Source: Rotaria socialis (taxonomy: Eukaryota). From it: a stretch of DNA of 64,000 nucleotides. The position numbers were made by a program, and so were the translations under genes. The stretch covers positions 310,001-374,000 of the forward strand of contig CAJNYD010000035.1 of NCBI GenBank assembly GCA_905331295.1. The letters are read 5' to 3'. The notes under the pieces were generated by a model. It saw nothing but the letters and a program-made list of their open reading frames with translations. It ran no database searches and was not told the DNA's origin. Every line of letters begins with the position of its first letter. Positions within the stretch are counted from its first letter, which is position 1. Positions 1 to 12,892 of the stretch are shown here, piece by piece.

Positions 1-1554
1 TATATTAGTTTCTGTTTTAATTGTTTACGGCTGATTAAATGCTTAAAGTATCTCTTTTATCTTGTTTTTAACCAAATAATAAAAAAAACTGACGAATGTG
101 CTTAATGAGAAGACAAACAGGCAATGTTGGCACATAATTTTTGATTCGTTTTTAGAGTTAATCATTCACACAACTATATATTCTAATACAAGAAAATAAT
201 TTTTTATTTCACATAAAAATCATGAGATTTTTTGCATGACTTCAGTCTAATCAAAAGTATAAATGTCACTCTCAATGACAACCTAATAGTCCTTCAATGG
301 AATGGGAAGTCAAAATAATACATCGGAAGTTATATATGTATGTGTGGGCGCAAGCAAGCGAATATTAGTTTACATAAAATACGCACGTGAGTCAATAGGC
401 AATGTATGATCGATCAATGTATGATCCGATGTAGAATTCAATAGAATACTTAAGATTACAAAAGACGATGCATCTATAATATTTCTCATCATAACAAAAT
501 GCCAGCTGAGCCGGTGACAACATGTGACATGAATACTAATTCAGTAGTTCGACGACTACCAAATGCATGTAAGTCTACGCTATGTATTTTTGATAAGAGA
601 TGTCTTAAAGAATGTGTGACCTAACACCTGATAATCTAGTTAATTTAACAAGAAGCTAAGTACGTTGACTCTGTAGACTGGCATAATAAAAGCGATGCAC
701 ACATTATCATTATGCTCGTAGCTATGAAAACTATTCAGTAAAATATAACTTACGCCCCTGTTTTATGTTAAAATTGTGATATATTTTCGAATGTGCCATT
801 GAAATTCTACTTATTATGATCAAAGATACAAGCTATTATCCTAGAACTATTTTCTATTATGAGAACAAAAAATATGACGATTTGACATAATTTGTACGCC
901 TACTTGAAACACTATAAATAGTAATACTTCTTTTACAATTGCAATCGTTTAAATATATCAATGCGAAAAAATGAAAAGCGTCAAAGAAATGACTGAGTAG
1001 AATAATTATGCGTGATTCATTTTTACTTAATAGAAGGTGTACATAAATTTCTTTATGGTACTATTTATATTTAAATTGCAATCAATAGTAAGATATTGGC
1101 ATGTTTTTACCTTTTTAGAACTACGAAGTTCATGATAAAAACAAGTAAAGAAATTTAAAAGTTTATTGAGTTGTGCCAGATTTACTATCTCTCATTGGAA
1201 AGTTTCAAGTTATTTAAATCATTTGATAATACACGATTTAATTTTATTTAAAAAATAAATGCGGAAACATCGGATTTGCATCCGATTGTTATGTGTACTT
1301 CAAAAAGCGAAAATGTACATCTATTTTTTTCCTGTAAGGCATAGATCTCATCAAGATACATCCCTTCTCACTGAATTGCAAGGAGAAAATACAGACGTGC
1401 TAAGTTAGCATGGGCCACACTGTATGCAACTCTATCCAGTGATCACTGACTCTANTTTTCTCTGATATTTATCATCGATGCACGTGAACAAAAACATGTA
1501 TGAATTTCAATTCCAGTTGAAGCGATCATTTTTATATGAGATTATCTATTTTAG

Positions 1555-1675
1555 CGTCCCAAAAATGCTCTTAGAGCTCAAGTTTTGGATTATCTAGAAA
1601 GAGAAATGCAACGTCGTCGCGAGAACAGTATGTTCGACGACGACGAAGACGAAGACGACGACAACTACAACTACA

Positions 1676-1709
<34 letters not shown>

Positions 1710-1844
1710 AGGCGACAATAGTTATGGTCGCAAAAGACAATGTAAAGTTACCTTTTCTCAATTTTTAAAAGTAGTCGTTAAAACTTTAATTTGATTTCAG
1801 TTGCTCGTCGAAAAGTTGTTGGCTTAGGTGATGAACCTTTTTAA
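1555..1844 (+). CDS. Last two exons of a small acidic (poly-Asp) protein of unknown function; upstream exons not identified
   Basis: Acceptor ttttag before 1555, open frame through a (GAC)n tract, GT donor at 1742, acceptor tttcag ending 1800; spliced end reads ...SYGRKRQFARRKVVGLGDEPF* (TAA 1842-1844). Confidence 0.45.
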
Positions 1845-2867
1845 GAATCCTTGAAATATCGAAATCATTTGTATGAAACGAAACATTATTCAAAAAATTT
1901 TTCTGTGCTTTACTTCGATATCCATATATTCGATTTGTTCAGTTTTCTTTATTGAATTAATGCATTCATCTTTCAATAAATATCTACTTTTATTGTCTAT
2001 GTTGTCGTAAAAGTTCACATTGTATTTCGATGAATAAAGGATTATACGATATTATTTTAGATGCTTTACAATGCAAAGAATAGCTTTCAATAAAGGAATT
2101 AATAAATTTTGAATCTCTGATTTTCATGTAATTAAAAGTATTCGTATTCTAAAATATTATATTCAATATCATATTGTAAATCTATACCAGTGTTATCTTG
2201 TAGTATTTTTCAGATAGATAACTTTCATATTTTACAATTGAAAATGCCTGCAGAGCACGTTAACATAACTTATTTTCTAAGCAATAACTTCTATATATTC
2301 GAACAGCATATTCGGTTTCTTTTGTTATTAATCTAAATAAACAACTGACAAAATAAAGCATGAAAAAGGTACAACATCTTAATAGGAAAGCCTTGGCGAA
2401 ATTCTTGTGTCTAAACTTTGTTGAGAATGTTTTAATTCGAATAGCTTATTTCTTTTATTAAAAAGATGTGGAAGTTTGTAAATTGACGATAGTTAGAAAT
2501 GTCTAAAGTTGTTATTTGGAAAATTTCTGAATCAGTTAGAGAATATTTAAGTGTCTTCATGAAGACTGCATAAAATTTATAGATAAATTTGAAGCATTTC
2601 GTGAAATATTTATCTGATAAAGAAATATTCTCAAAAGTGTCTACCAACAATAATGGACATATTTGCACATCAAAGATTTAGCGGATACGGGTGCATAATT
2701 TTTTAAGTTCGAAAATAGTTAATAGATAGTTTTGGGTATGAGACGCGATGAAGCTAGATCTATGCTTTTAATTTCTTCATCATCTACTTTTGAGTTTCTC
2801 TAACTACTTTAAGAAAAGATAATTTTTCTTTTACGATAACAGAAATTGCGCGTTTTTATTAATCTAG

Positions 2868-3566
2868 TTAATGCGATGCGAAGCAGAAGCATTTATGTAG
2901 TTCGTCGCGGTTTTTTTTAATTTTTTAATGCGATGCGAAGCAGAAGCATTTATGTAGTCCGTCGCGAGTTTTTTAATGCGATGTGAAGCAGAAGCATTTA
3001 TGTAGTCCGTCGCGAGTTTTTAATGCGACGCGAAGCAGAAGCATTTATGTAGTTCGTCTCGAGCTTTTTTTATTTTTATTATTTTTTACTTCCTTGACGT
3101 ACGGATCAAAAGTCGACGTTTTGTGTCGCGGTGATCTCGAGAACCATAAATCGTAGAAAACTCGTTGAAACGTGAGATTGAAGTATCAAGATCGAACCTT
3201 TTACATCTGTTTTCGAGTCTTCAATCTGCAGTTTCGTTCGTTCATAAGCGTGGTTCCAAAATGACGAAAATGAAAGAAATCTGTTGCGAGATAATTAAAG
3301 TGACGTCATGAACATATGTTAGCCACTATAGTCTATTCATTTACAGCTGATTTAAGATAATGGATCATGGAGATAATGAATCGATCAATCGAAATCGATC
3401 CTTAAGAATGTATCGCTAAGTAGGAATAGAGTTTCCTCAGTGATGAATTTCATCATGTCGACATAAAAAGTATTCAAGATTTCTCTGAACTGTAGATTTT
3501 TCCTGGATCCAGATTCCTGCTTCGCATCGCATTTCGTATTCGAGTGAAACTTGAATACCATCTAGT
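2868..3566 (+). mobile_element. Non-autonomous Helentron/HINE (DINE-1-like) element with four tandem copies of its 5' end
   Basis: AATGCGATGCGAAGCAG-type units at 2870, 2927, 2975, 3022; reverse complement at 3517-3533; hairpin GTATTCGAGT-gaa-ACTTGAATAC 3536-3558; ends CTAG followed by a T run. Confidence 0.7.
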
Positions 3567-5621
3567 TTTTTCTGTCACTGTCAATGGATCATTTCCATTC
3601 ATTTTTTTGTAAAAACAAAACGGTCAGTAAACACAATATCAAGTCTGAAGTAAAAATCTATCAATTCCATTCTTTTCACCGAATACTTATGTTACTATTT
3701 ACTGACCATCTCTTAGACTGATAGATCATCGAAACCATTTGTACGAACGAAACTAATGTTTAAATTGTTCATGCTTTCTTTGATTACGATATATATAATA
3801 GAGGCTTATTACTAATATCTTTTAGATCTACTGAGCTTAACAAATTTTAGTAGAGATATTCTGAAACAAAGCGGACATTGTATATATATATATATATTAT
3901 AATAAAAATTTCATTGCCTGAATATAAATTTCTTTCTTATTGAAACGCTAAAATTGCTCAACTGCAAAATAACAGTTATGACTGCTTATTTATTAACTTC
4001 TACTAATTGCTATGCGCTAGTTTGCATTGAAATTTGAATTTTTGAAGTACAGCCTCAAAGTATGATGGGAAATAGCACACTCATATTGCTCAACCAAGCA
4101 AAAACATAAAAGCATGTAAGCGTGAAACATATTTCTATGCATAAATAACTCAATTATATATAGAATATTAAACGTATAGAAAAATCGTGTATCATTTCGA
4201 CCAATTCAGCCATTGCTACATTTTCATATAATCAAAATTTCTCTAAATAGAAAGAGCTTATTTATTTTTACTTTTATGTTCTATTTTATTCTTTTATTTC
4301 TTCTGATAAAATACTTTCATAAATTACTATGTCTGTTATTGTATAAAAATTACAAAAATTAGAAGTAAGAAAATACTATGACAGAAGGGTCATACTTTTC
4401 ACATTAAAATGCATTTAATACATTCATCTTTCATCAATAGCTCGGTTTTCTTGTTTGTTTTTATTGCAAGTTGAAAACGTCAATAATTAGGCAGTTTTTG
4501 CTGATCATTTACATAATAATGAATAGTTCACACAAACATCAGCTTTACTATGAAGCAACAAGATTGCATGCATTCTAATTGTGCTTCACTAGGTATACCG
4601 ATGGGATGGAATAGAATAGAATAGAATTGAATTGTCGAAGTCCGTGGGCTTTTAACAATTTATTCAGATTATTTTAGCAATTGAAAATTCTGATGTATTT
4701 CTGAAGAAAATAACTTCGATATTGTTGTGCGAGCGTGAGCGATATCTAAGCAATGTTGTCGACATCTTTAAATGAATAAATTATGATTAAAATAATCAAG
4801 CAAATAGAGCTACCAGTAATAATTTGAAGATAAATCATACCGAGCTAAAACATGATATTGATACGATCCATCAGAGGTATATATATATATCTGACTGATT
4901 TGAGCGAAACTGAATGAAATCTTCATTTTTATCAAGGTACTGCAAACCGACTATCATTTTACAATAGACCTAGAATTCTTATTTTTATGAAAAATTATCG
5001 CAATGACATAGAAGTCTATTAGTGTCTTACTTTTAATTAAACTTGAATGGTAAAGTTTTTTCTTTTCGAGAGAATGATTTTTGCTCTTAAAAATAATTTG
5101 TACCATGATTGTTCCAAAAAATCTCGTGAAAAGGAAACAACGTACAAAATTAAAGATATGCTGAAACAATATTTTAAGTTTTTGCACATATCAATGATAA
5201 AGTATTTTGTATAAAATATTATCTAACACATATTATTTTACTTGATATTTTTGAGTGTGTATGCAACGAGGATGTGAACATCATCTATACTAGGGTGTGG
5301 GTGTTCTGGTCTCTCTTCACACCCACACCCTCAAGAAATGACAAAGCCAGATCTATGTACCATCTCATCATTGAAATGATTTAGACAGAATCCATTTTTA
5401 ATTACCACAAACACAATGGAATAGAAGAAGAAAAAATAACGCAATTTATAAAATATTCAAAAATTGGATGCTCATTGATAGGTTACTTTTTCTCAATAAA
5501 ATTGAAATTTTATCCATACGAAAGTCAGTGTTCAAGTGTAAGATGCTTTTGAGAAATAATATTTTTTTATCTATAACTCCCAAGGAAGATAACAAAAGTA
5601 GTGATGGACACAAAAATAATG

Positions 5622-5806
5622 AAAACTAGATGGTATTCGAGTTTCACTCGACTACGAAATGCGGTGCGAAGCACACGAGCCGAATTTGCGAAAGCAGCAA
5701 GAATAAGATTTAAAAATAAATGATTCACTTTAAGATTCATTACAAACGTTTATTTTTTTTTAATTTCCGTATACGAATTTTGAATAAAAATTTCGCATTC
5801 ACTATT
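5622..5806 (-). mobile_element. 3' end of a related HINE-like element, running into the scaffold gap
   Basis: Reverse complement reads TGCTTCGCACCGCATTTCGTAGTCGAGTGAAACTCGAATACCATCTAGTTTT, nearly identical to 3518-3569. Confidence 0.65.
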
Positions 5807-6045
5807 NNNNNNNNNNNNNNNNNNNNNNNNNNNNNNNNNNNNNNNNNNNNNNNNNNNNNNNNNNNNNNNNNNNNNNNNNNNNNNNNNNNNNNNNNNNNNN
5901 NNNNNNGACCGTTGGTTTTTACGCTGTAAAGTCGCTAAAATGGCTTAAATAACCGCGGTTAACCGACGGTTTTCGATCGGTTTGTACGACATGGGTATAC
6001 AGCCACATTTTCTTTAATGTACTGATTATCGATCAAGTATTCGTC

Positions 6046-7277
6046 AATATCGTACAAACGTTTGTATTCTATGATTACTGGTATCTGTAACATATAAATT
6101 TAGTTGACTGTCAAGTTTTACAGACCAGGGTCCACATAACAAAGTAGAATTATTGCCGCATATACCTGAAACTCCAACAACAGTTATTGCTTCTGTTTGT
6201 CAGCTCATAAATAATTGTATTCGATGATTAGCTCTATCGGCAACGTAAATGTTACCCATACAATCCAAACTGACGTCCATCGGGCCATTTAACGTTGTTT
6301 TCATTGTTTCCAGAAATTCCATTGGCATCCGCAGCTAGTAATGACTAGCTATCACCACCCAGCGGCCAGCGAACGATGTTACTGGTTGCATAATTTACAA
6401 TAATTAAACTGTTCGAGAACGAATTGTAATAAACACGAAGTGGGCCTCGCAACTGTGTAATGTTTATTCCGTTACCATTCCCATCGGCCACTAAAATACC
6501 TGATCATGCTCCTGATGCGTAGAACATAACTCTACTATTGCCATAGTCTGCTATGTATAGTGAATCGGAAGTTGCATCAAATGCGATTCCATAGGGATTC
6601 ATAGATTAATTGCTCAAATTACCCATGTTACCTAAAATAAACATTCTAAAGAGGTTTTCGTGATAAAATCTTAATTTTATCAAATTAATTGAAACATTAG
6701 ATTCGAAGTATTGAATAATATGTAGTTTAGTCTAGCCGTATCAGATTCTGACGCTTATTCTATTCTCGAAGATTTATAGTTCTTTTTTCATGGAAAACTT
6801 TTGTCCATCTCGAGTTTTGTATCTTATTTCGCTGGTAGCTCGATCTAAACGAAATATTTTTTGCATATCAGATAAATCAAAAAAGCATTGGTTCATCATC
6901 AGAACAGCTTTCCTTGACGAAGGCTTTTCTGGAATAGAATTGTCAACATTATATAGGTGAAGCAATGAGCCTCACGAAAATAGTGCAAAATGAATATTTC
7001 TCATCAAACTATTTTATAACTGCCCAATACTTCCAATGGTAATTCCAGATGATGAGCCATTATAGAACAATGGAATTCCATGGTTTCCTGTATCGGCCAC
7101 ACAAAGGTCTCCATTCGAATCAACCAACGCCTGTGAGGGATTCCTCAACTGGGTGGAAAATGAACCAGATGTTCCACTTTCACAGACTGTTGTACTAATT
7201 CAAGAGCTCATCGCATATTTTTGAATGCGGTTATTGCCGGTACCAGTGACATACAGTGTATTTTGATAACCTACTGT
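6046..7277 (-). pseudogene. NHL-repeat (beta-propeller) protein pseudogene
   Basis: Manual minus-strand translation gives NHL repeats: TLYVTGTGNNRIQKY, LVDSNGDLCVADTGNH, PYGIAFDATSDSLYIADYGNSRVM, LDSQLNLYVTDTSNHRIQTF; several in-frame stops; 5' side abuts repeats at ~7280. Confidence 0.8.
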
Positions 7278-7321
7278 GGCACTCTCTGAAAAACCGTTTC
7301 TGAGAGGGTTTCTGAGAACTT

Positions 7322-7582
7322 CCCAGGAGGATCATCCTGCCGTCTGAAACACCATCGGAAACGGCTATAAAACGACAAAAAACAGCATTAATTTTCACCC
7401 TATTTCGCCGTAATCCGTCAGCTCGTTTTACGGGCCGTTTTTGTTTTGCTAGAAAACAGCCATCGCTTTTAACACTATTCTCTTCGTTTTCCGAGCTGAC
7501 GGAAAACGGCGCCGTCTTTTAACGTTTTACATCGTTTTTGTGCCGTTTCAGGCCGTTTACGGGCCGTTTTCTTTCACCTGGG
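7322..7582. mobile_element. MITE with CCCAGG...CCTGGG termini, apparently nested in a larger inverted-repeat element (~7280-7730)
   Basis: Termini CCCAGG (7322) / CCTGGG (7582), internal CCGTTT/AAACGG motifs as in the 22710 copy; outer AGGGTTTCTGAGAA (~7305) is inverted to TTCTCAGAAACCCT (~7715). Confidence 0.55.
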
Positions 7583-8525
7583 TTCAAGCGTTTTCAAAAA
7601 TACGCTTTTCATTTCCGAGACCTCGAAAACCCTCAGGTTTTCAACAATACCGATTTCGATGCCCTTAACGTATTCTACAAAACCTTTTCCCTGGTGCTTG
7701 AAACCAAACCATATTCTCAGAAACCCTTATGGTATTCTAGGAAACTAATATTACCAGAAAAACCTGACTTAGTATCCGAAAAATCGCGGATAAAGGACCA
7801 TTCGAAGCTTGCTCATTTTAATTTTTAGTACATGTGTATATGTACTTTCTTTTAATATGATTAACTGAAAAGTTAAGTTCTTGTTGAGAAAAAATAAATA
7901 AATAAATTTTGTATCAAGACTTTGCGCCAATGGTTATTCATTTGAATTAATCATATACTAATTTGTTTTTGCAATCGAAATGAATTGCAAATGCGTTTAA
8001 TTCTATATTCTCGCAATTCTTGATTATTCATCATGAAAGCGTATCAGTTCGGCTTCTGTCAACTTATTTCATAGAAATCTCATTATTTCCCTGTTTTAAC
8101 TAGTACTTCTGTTCTCTTTTGGCCTACGTATTCATGACTGTACCAATGATCATTATGATGCCTATCAGTATTAACTCGATCTTATTTTGAATTTCGCGTA
8201 GCTCATTTAATCATATCCAAACGTTTATTAGCATGAAATGAAAGCAGAATGCAAGTATTTGAAGTGCGAAAAATCTTCTTGAAAATTCAAACATACCAGC
8301 TTAACTATGATTCGTTTAGTTTACCTGTCAATCACAGGAAAGAAAAGTATAGGTGAATGATGGTAAAATAAGGACTACGATTCGATTCATTCATTGCGTC
8401 TCTATGGAAAGTATTAGCCTTGTTATTTTTCACTCACACGTGTTGAAGGACGCTTTCTGTAATGAATTTAATTAGTATTTTATAGGTGAATGCGTTCGGT
8501 TAAGATGTGTTTTAATTTATTTAGA

Positions 8526-9221
8526 ATGAAACCTAAAGATTCGTCCATTCATACTCGCGATAGCATTAAGTACTCAACTGACAAAACAGAAGATAAGGTA
8601 TGCTACAAAATTCAGTTCTATATCATTAAAGATTTTTAAAAAAATTCTTACTTTATTGAACAATAGAAAAATTAGATTTTCATGTGTAATATATTTTTTC
8701 ATATTCAGATTCACAAATTTATGACAAAACAAATTTCACTTGATGACGTCAGAGGTCTTCGTGTAGTCAATGATAAACCCATTCGTCTACTTTTCCTAGC
8801 TGAAGCTACTTCAAATGTTGGTGTTATTGTCTTTGTCTTTCTTTATCCATCATTATTCCTTTCAATTTTTCTTCAACCCCAAAACGAAATAACTCCATTG
8901 GCTTCTTTTCTCATTTTTTTATGGAATTCATGGATTATAGTTATCACTGGTTTGATGTATGCTGCGGTGCCATCAAGATATAATACGCCAACGTTAACAG
9001 CTGGTATTGTGCATGTTCGTCGTTTTATCTATTGGGCTTTATTGAGCAGTGAAATACTACTTGCTGTACTATTAATCTGCACTGTCCATCGAACGACTCT
9101 CTCAGTAGGTTTTGCAAATTTTATATTATTTGTAGCCATGGGTCGAGTTTTTGTCCTTTTCCCGAAGAAAGCCTGGTTTGGCACTGTTGTGTTCGAGTCG
9201 ATGGCAGAAAAAGAAAAATGA
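8526..9221 (+). CDS. Uncharacterised multi-pass membrane protein (~195 aa, about four hydrophobic segments); exons 8526-8597 and 8709-9221
   Basis: ATG 8526, 24 codons, donor GTATGC 8598, acceptor ttcag 8708 joins in phase 0 to the 179-aa ORF; hydrophobic stretches such as VGVIVFVFLYPSLFLSIFL, LASFLIFLWNSWIIVITGLMYAAV, FIYWALLSSEILLAVLLIC. Confidence 0.7.
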
Positions 9222-9353
9222 CGATTGATAAACTATATTATTGTTTTCAGTTTAATAGAATTTTAGACAAACATATAAATAACACTCAGTGATTTAATGT
9301 CTTTTTATTATTTCTTTCTAAAAAAAAAGCTTACATATAAATGTATGTTAAAA

Positions 9354-10276
9354 TTAATTCATTTTCTTTGCGAGCTCTTTACATTTCCATAAATCCCACC
9401 AAGGTGCATATGGCCATCGATGATGTTCCCAATGATAATCAAAATGATAGCAACATAAAAAACTAACTAATCGATTTGCACTAGCTGATCTTGATTTTTC
9501 CCATGGCATCGCTTCGTCATATTTACCGTCGACTAACTCTGGCCGATGTGGAGTGTAAGTACCAAAATAAAATAAACGTAATGAACTACATAATCCACAT
9601 ATTAACATGTAGACAATAATATTCAGCAATGGAACAGAAAATACTACTTGAAGAGTAGTGACCCATACGGTCATTTTGTATAGCTGTTGTTTAGTAGTGT
9701 ATCCAATTAGAAAATGAGTATACCAAGCAAAAAATCCTATACACCGACCATCGTGATAATCAGGATCTTCATTGGCAAGACCAGTATGCTTATGATGTAG
9801 CCAATGTTTTTCATACATAATCCGATAATCAAACCAAGCATACGCAGACAAACATACATGACCGATAACATCATTTAATTGTCGATACTAAAATTCGATA
9901 TATTAAAAGGAGTTAAATTAGAAATTTGACCGTCTTATTGAGATAATAATACGAGACTTTCTACTCAATGTTGTTAACCTATATTATCTATCAATTTACC
10001 CTACACATTATTACTTAGTTCACTCACACGATTGCAAATTGCTCCATGCATAGCATCATGGCCAGCAATAAACAGGCCGGTGTATAAAAATTCCAAAATC
10101 AAAAATGTTCCGATGATATCGTACCAACTTGTTTTTGTAAAATTAATTTGAAATAAAGCATGATACCAACATAGAATAAAAGAACTGAGAATAAATAAAG
10201 CAATTATTAAGCCCTTAAAGTAATTTTTTGGTGGACAATAAAGTAATTTATAATCGTCAGTACTTTCACTTATCAT
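9354..10276 (-). CDS. crtW: Beta-carotene ketolase (CrtW/BKT, membrane di-iron desaturase superfamily), 260 aa; exons 10276-10028 and 9887-9354
   Basis: A 140-nt phase-0 intron (GTGAGT...TTTTAG) joins the two ORFs. Three His boxes HDAMH, HWLHH, HWEHH plus family motifs LYTGLFI, DPDYH, RLFYFGTYxPH, SFLCCYHFDYHWEHHRWPYAPWW. Confidence 0.93.
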
Positions 10277-10978
10277 CGTAAGCCAATGCTAAATATTATG
10301 CAAGGTTTACCGACAACATCTTTATCTTATATTTACTCAACTACAGCCGAGAACATATTCATGCCGCCATGTTTTTTTTTTGTCGAAGATTTGCTCGCTT
10401 CTTACAGCCATTTTGTTAGTACTACTAGTAAATTCAGAGCAGCTTGGTCGAGTTCGATGAAATTTTCTCGAATTTCTGAAAATCGTAAATAGATATAAAA
10501 AAAACATAGATAAAGAAACTATTTGACAGATGCCACTCTGAAAAAAACAATTTTCATTAGAATTTCGATCAAAAACGTTATTTTTTTAAAATTCTAATCG
10601 CAAAGAATTCTGATCATGAATTCCAATTCCACGTGCATTTACGTGAACGTGAAGTAAAGAACGCACGAGACACATAGTACTTTAGAAAAAAAAATATCAC
10701 CCTCCTAATTCGCGTGCATTGCGGCTTAATTTCTAGTGATAGTAATTCAACGTAGTAACAAATAATGTTGTCACAATGAGAAAAATCGAATTGATAGTCG
10801 AATTTCCAAGTTTTGCGCAGTAATGTTAAAATACGAAGAATGTTTGTATCTGGCGCCATCTACAAGTGTTGTTATCTGATTCGATTATCTCAAACGACCG
10901 TCCATGAAGCAAGTTTCTTTATTTCTATTGAATGATTTCTTCTTGCATAAGTTTGTCTATCTGTCATCTGCTACGATT

Positions 10979-12892
10979 ATGATCGATATAGACGAGGGCT
11001 TTTTCAAAGCACCATCGCTCTCAACGGCTGGTGCCATCAGTGTACGAAATGCGAAAGGACAATTGGTCACACAAAAAGTCAAAGTTCATCGATATGTTGC
11101 TGGAAAACGGTACATACTTGTTTTTTGTTTTGTTTATTTTATTCAGAAGATTATATATCTTTAGACCAGATTATGCTGAGGGTGTACATGTCAGTGATGA
11201 CGAAGAAGACGATAGAAAAGAACACAAATTGAAACATGACCATGTGAAATCATCTGCACGTAAATAAATTTATTTCAAAAATGAATTATTCAACTTATAC
11301 TTTATATTATTTTTTTAGTTAATCGTATCGAACAAGAAGATCGTCGTATTCGCCGTTTGCAAGGACGAGAAGAAATTCATGATGATGATCGGTATGATTT
11401 AGTTTGAAAAATGAAGAAAATTATATTTTGAGAAAATAAATCTCATTTTAGACTCAGTCGACATCGACGTATCATCGAGCCTGAAGTTTTAGAACAGAGT
11501 TCCGACGAAGAGATCGAACAGCAAGAGGACGAAGACGACGACGAAGGTGAACGAATGGATGAGGATGATAATGTTACGTCTACTCGAGTTAAAATGGAAA
11601 TTGAATCATCTGATGATGACGAAGAACTCGATGAAGAACAAATCGAACGACGTCGACAAAGATTACGCTTGAAAGCAAAAGTGAAAGAAGAAGTACAATA
11701 ATAGACAAAAGAAAAAAAGAATGGTATTTTTTTAAAGATTTTATTTATTTTCTAGGAATTACTGCAAGTTGAAGATGAAAAAGAACCGGAACAAGACGAA
11801 CTTGAAGCATCGGAAGAATCCGAAAGTGAAGAAGACGATGAAGAGGAAGAAGATGATGATGATGGTGTACCAAGATTGAAGCCTGTTTTCGTTCGAAAGT
11901 AAGTTTTATAGAAGAACAACTTCCGATCTACATGTAGATATTCTCATAAATAATTTTGAAGTTCAAGCTCTTGATGCATTGCTAGGATTTATTTATTTTT
12001 ATTCATAGAACTGATCGTCGTACAGTTGCTGAACGTGAAGCTGAAGAAAAACACCAATTACAATTAGAAATAGAAAAGAAACGTCTTGCTGATCAAAGAA
12101 AAATGCAGACACAAAAGGTAAAACTTAGAAGAAAAAAAATTAGATTGCCTCTATGCTGAAATTTTATAGATCGTTGAAGAAGCCATTCGACAAGAGCGAT
12201 TGAAAGAAAAAGAGACTGACGATGGCATTGAATGTGATTTTAATACAGATGATGAAGATGGTGAAACTGCTTATGATGCATGGAAGTTACGTGAACTTAA
12301 ACGATTGAAACGTGATCGTGAAGAACGTGATCAGTAAGTCAAAATTGAAAAGAGAAAGCAAATCATTTCGTTTCTTTTTCTATTCAAGACGTGAACGCGA
12401 AAAACAAGAACTTGAACGCTGGCATAACATGACAGAAGAAGAACGTGAAGCCGAATTAAAAAAGAATCCGAAAATTATTGACAACAAAGTGCCGAAAGCG
12501 AAATACAAATTTTTACAAAAATACTATCATCGTGGTGCATTCTTTATGGTTAGTTCTCGCTGTTTAATTCGTTTAGAAAAATTCTTCGTTATTTTTATTT
12601 TTTGTTTTTTTAGGATAAAGATGAAGATATACTCAAACGCGATTACAGTTCACCGACACTTGAAGATCATTTTGATAAAACCGTTCTACCGAAAGTTATG
12701 CAAGTGAAAAATTTTGGTATGGCTGGACGTACCAAATATACGCATTTGGTCGATCAAGATACCACAATATTCGAATCACCGTGGGCATCGGATAAACAAT
12801 CAACTAAAAAGTTTTTTCAAGAACATGGCGGCGGCCTGAAACAAGTTTTTGAACGACCTAAACTTAAAAATACTTCGAAAAAAAATCATTAA
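10979..12892 (+). CDS. MFAP1: Microfibrillar-associated protein 1 (spliceosomal B-complex factor), multi-exon
   Basis: N-terminal [13 protein letters not shown]...[50 protein letters not shown]-terminal [21 protein letters not shown]; exons separated by short GT-AG introns. Confidence 0.95.

Noticed and set aside
2868..3070. CRISPR-like array of repeats
   Set aside because: Units are separated only by T runs with no unique spacers, the context is eukaryotic and there are no cas genes; explained as a transposon terminus.
9354..10276. Bacterial contamination as the source of the ketolase
   Set aside because: It has a spliceosomal intron, host-like AT content and no gap between it and MFAP1; read-level confirmation is still advisable.
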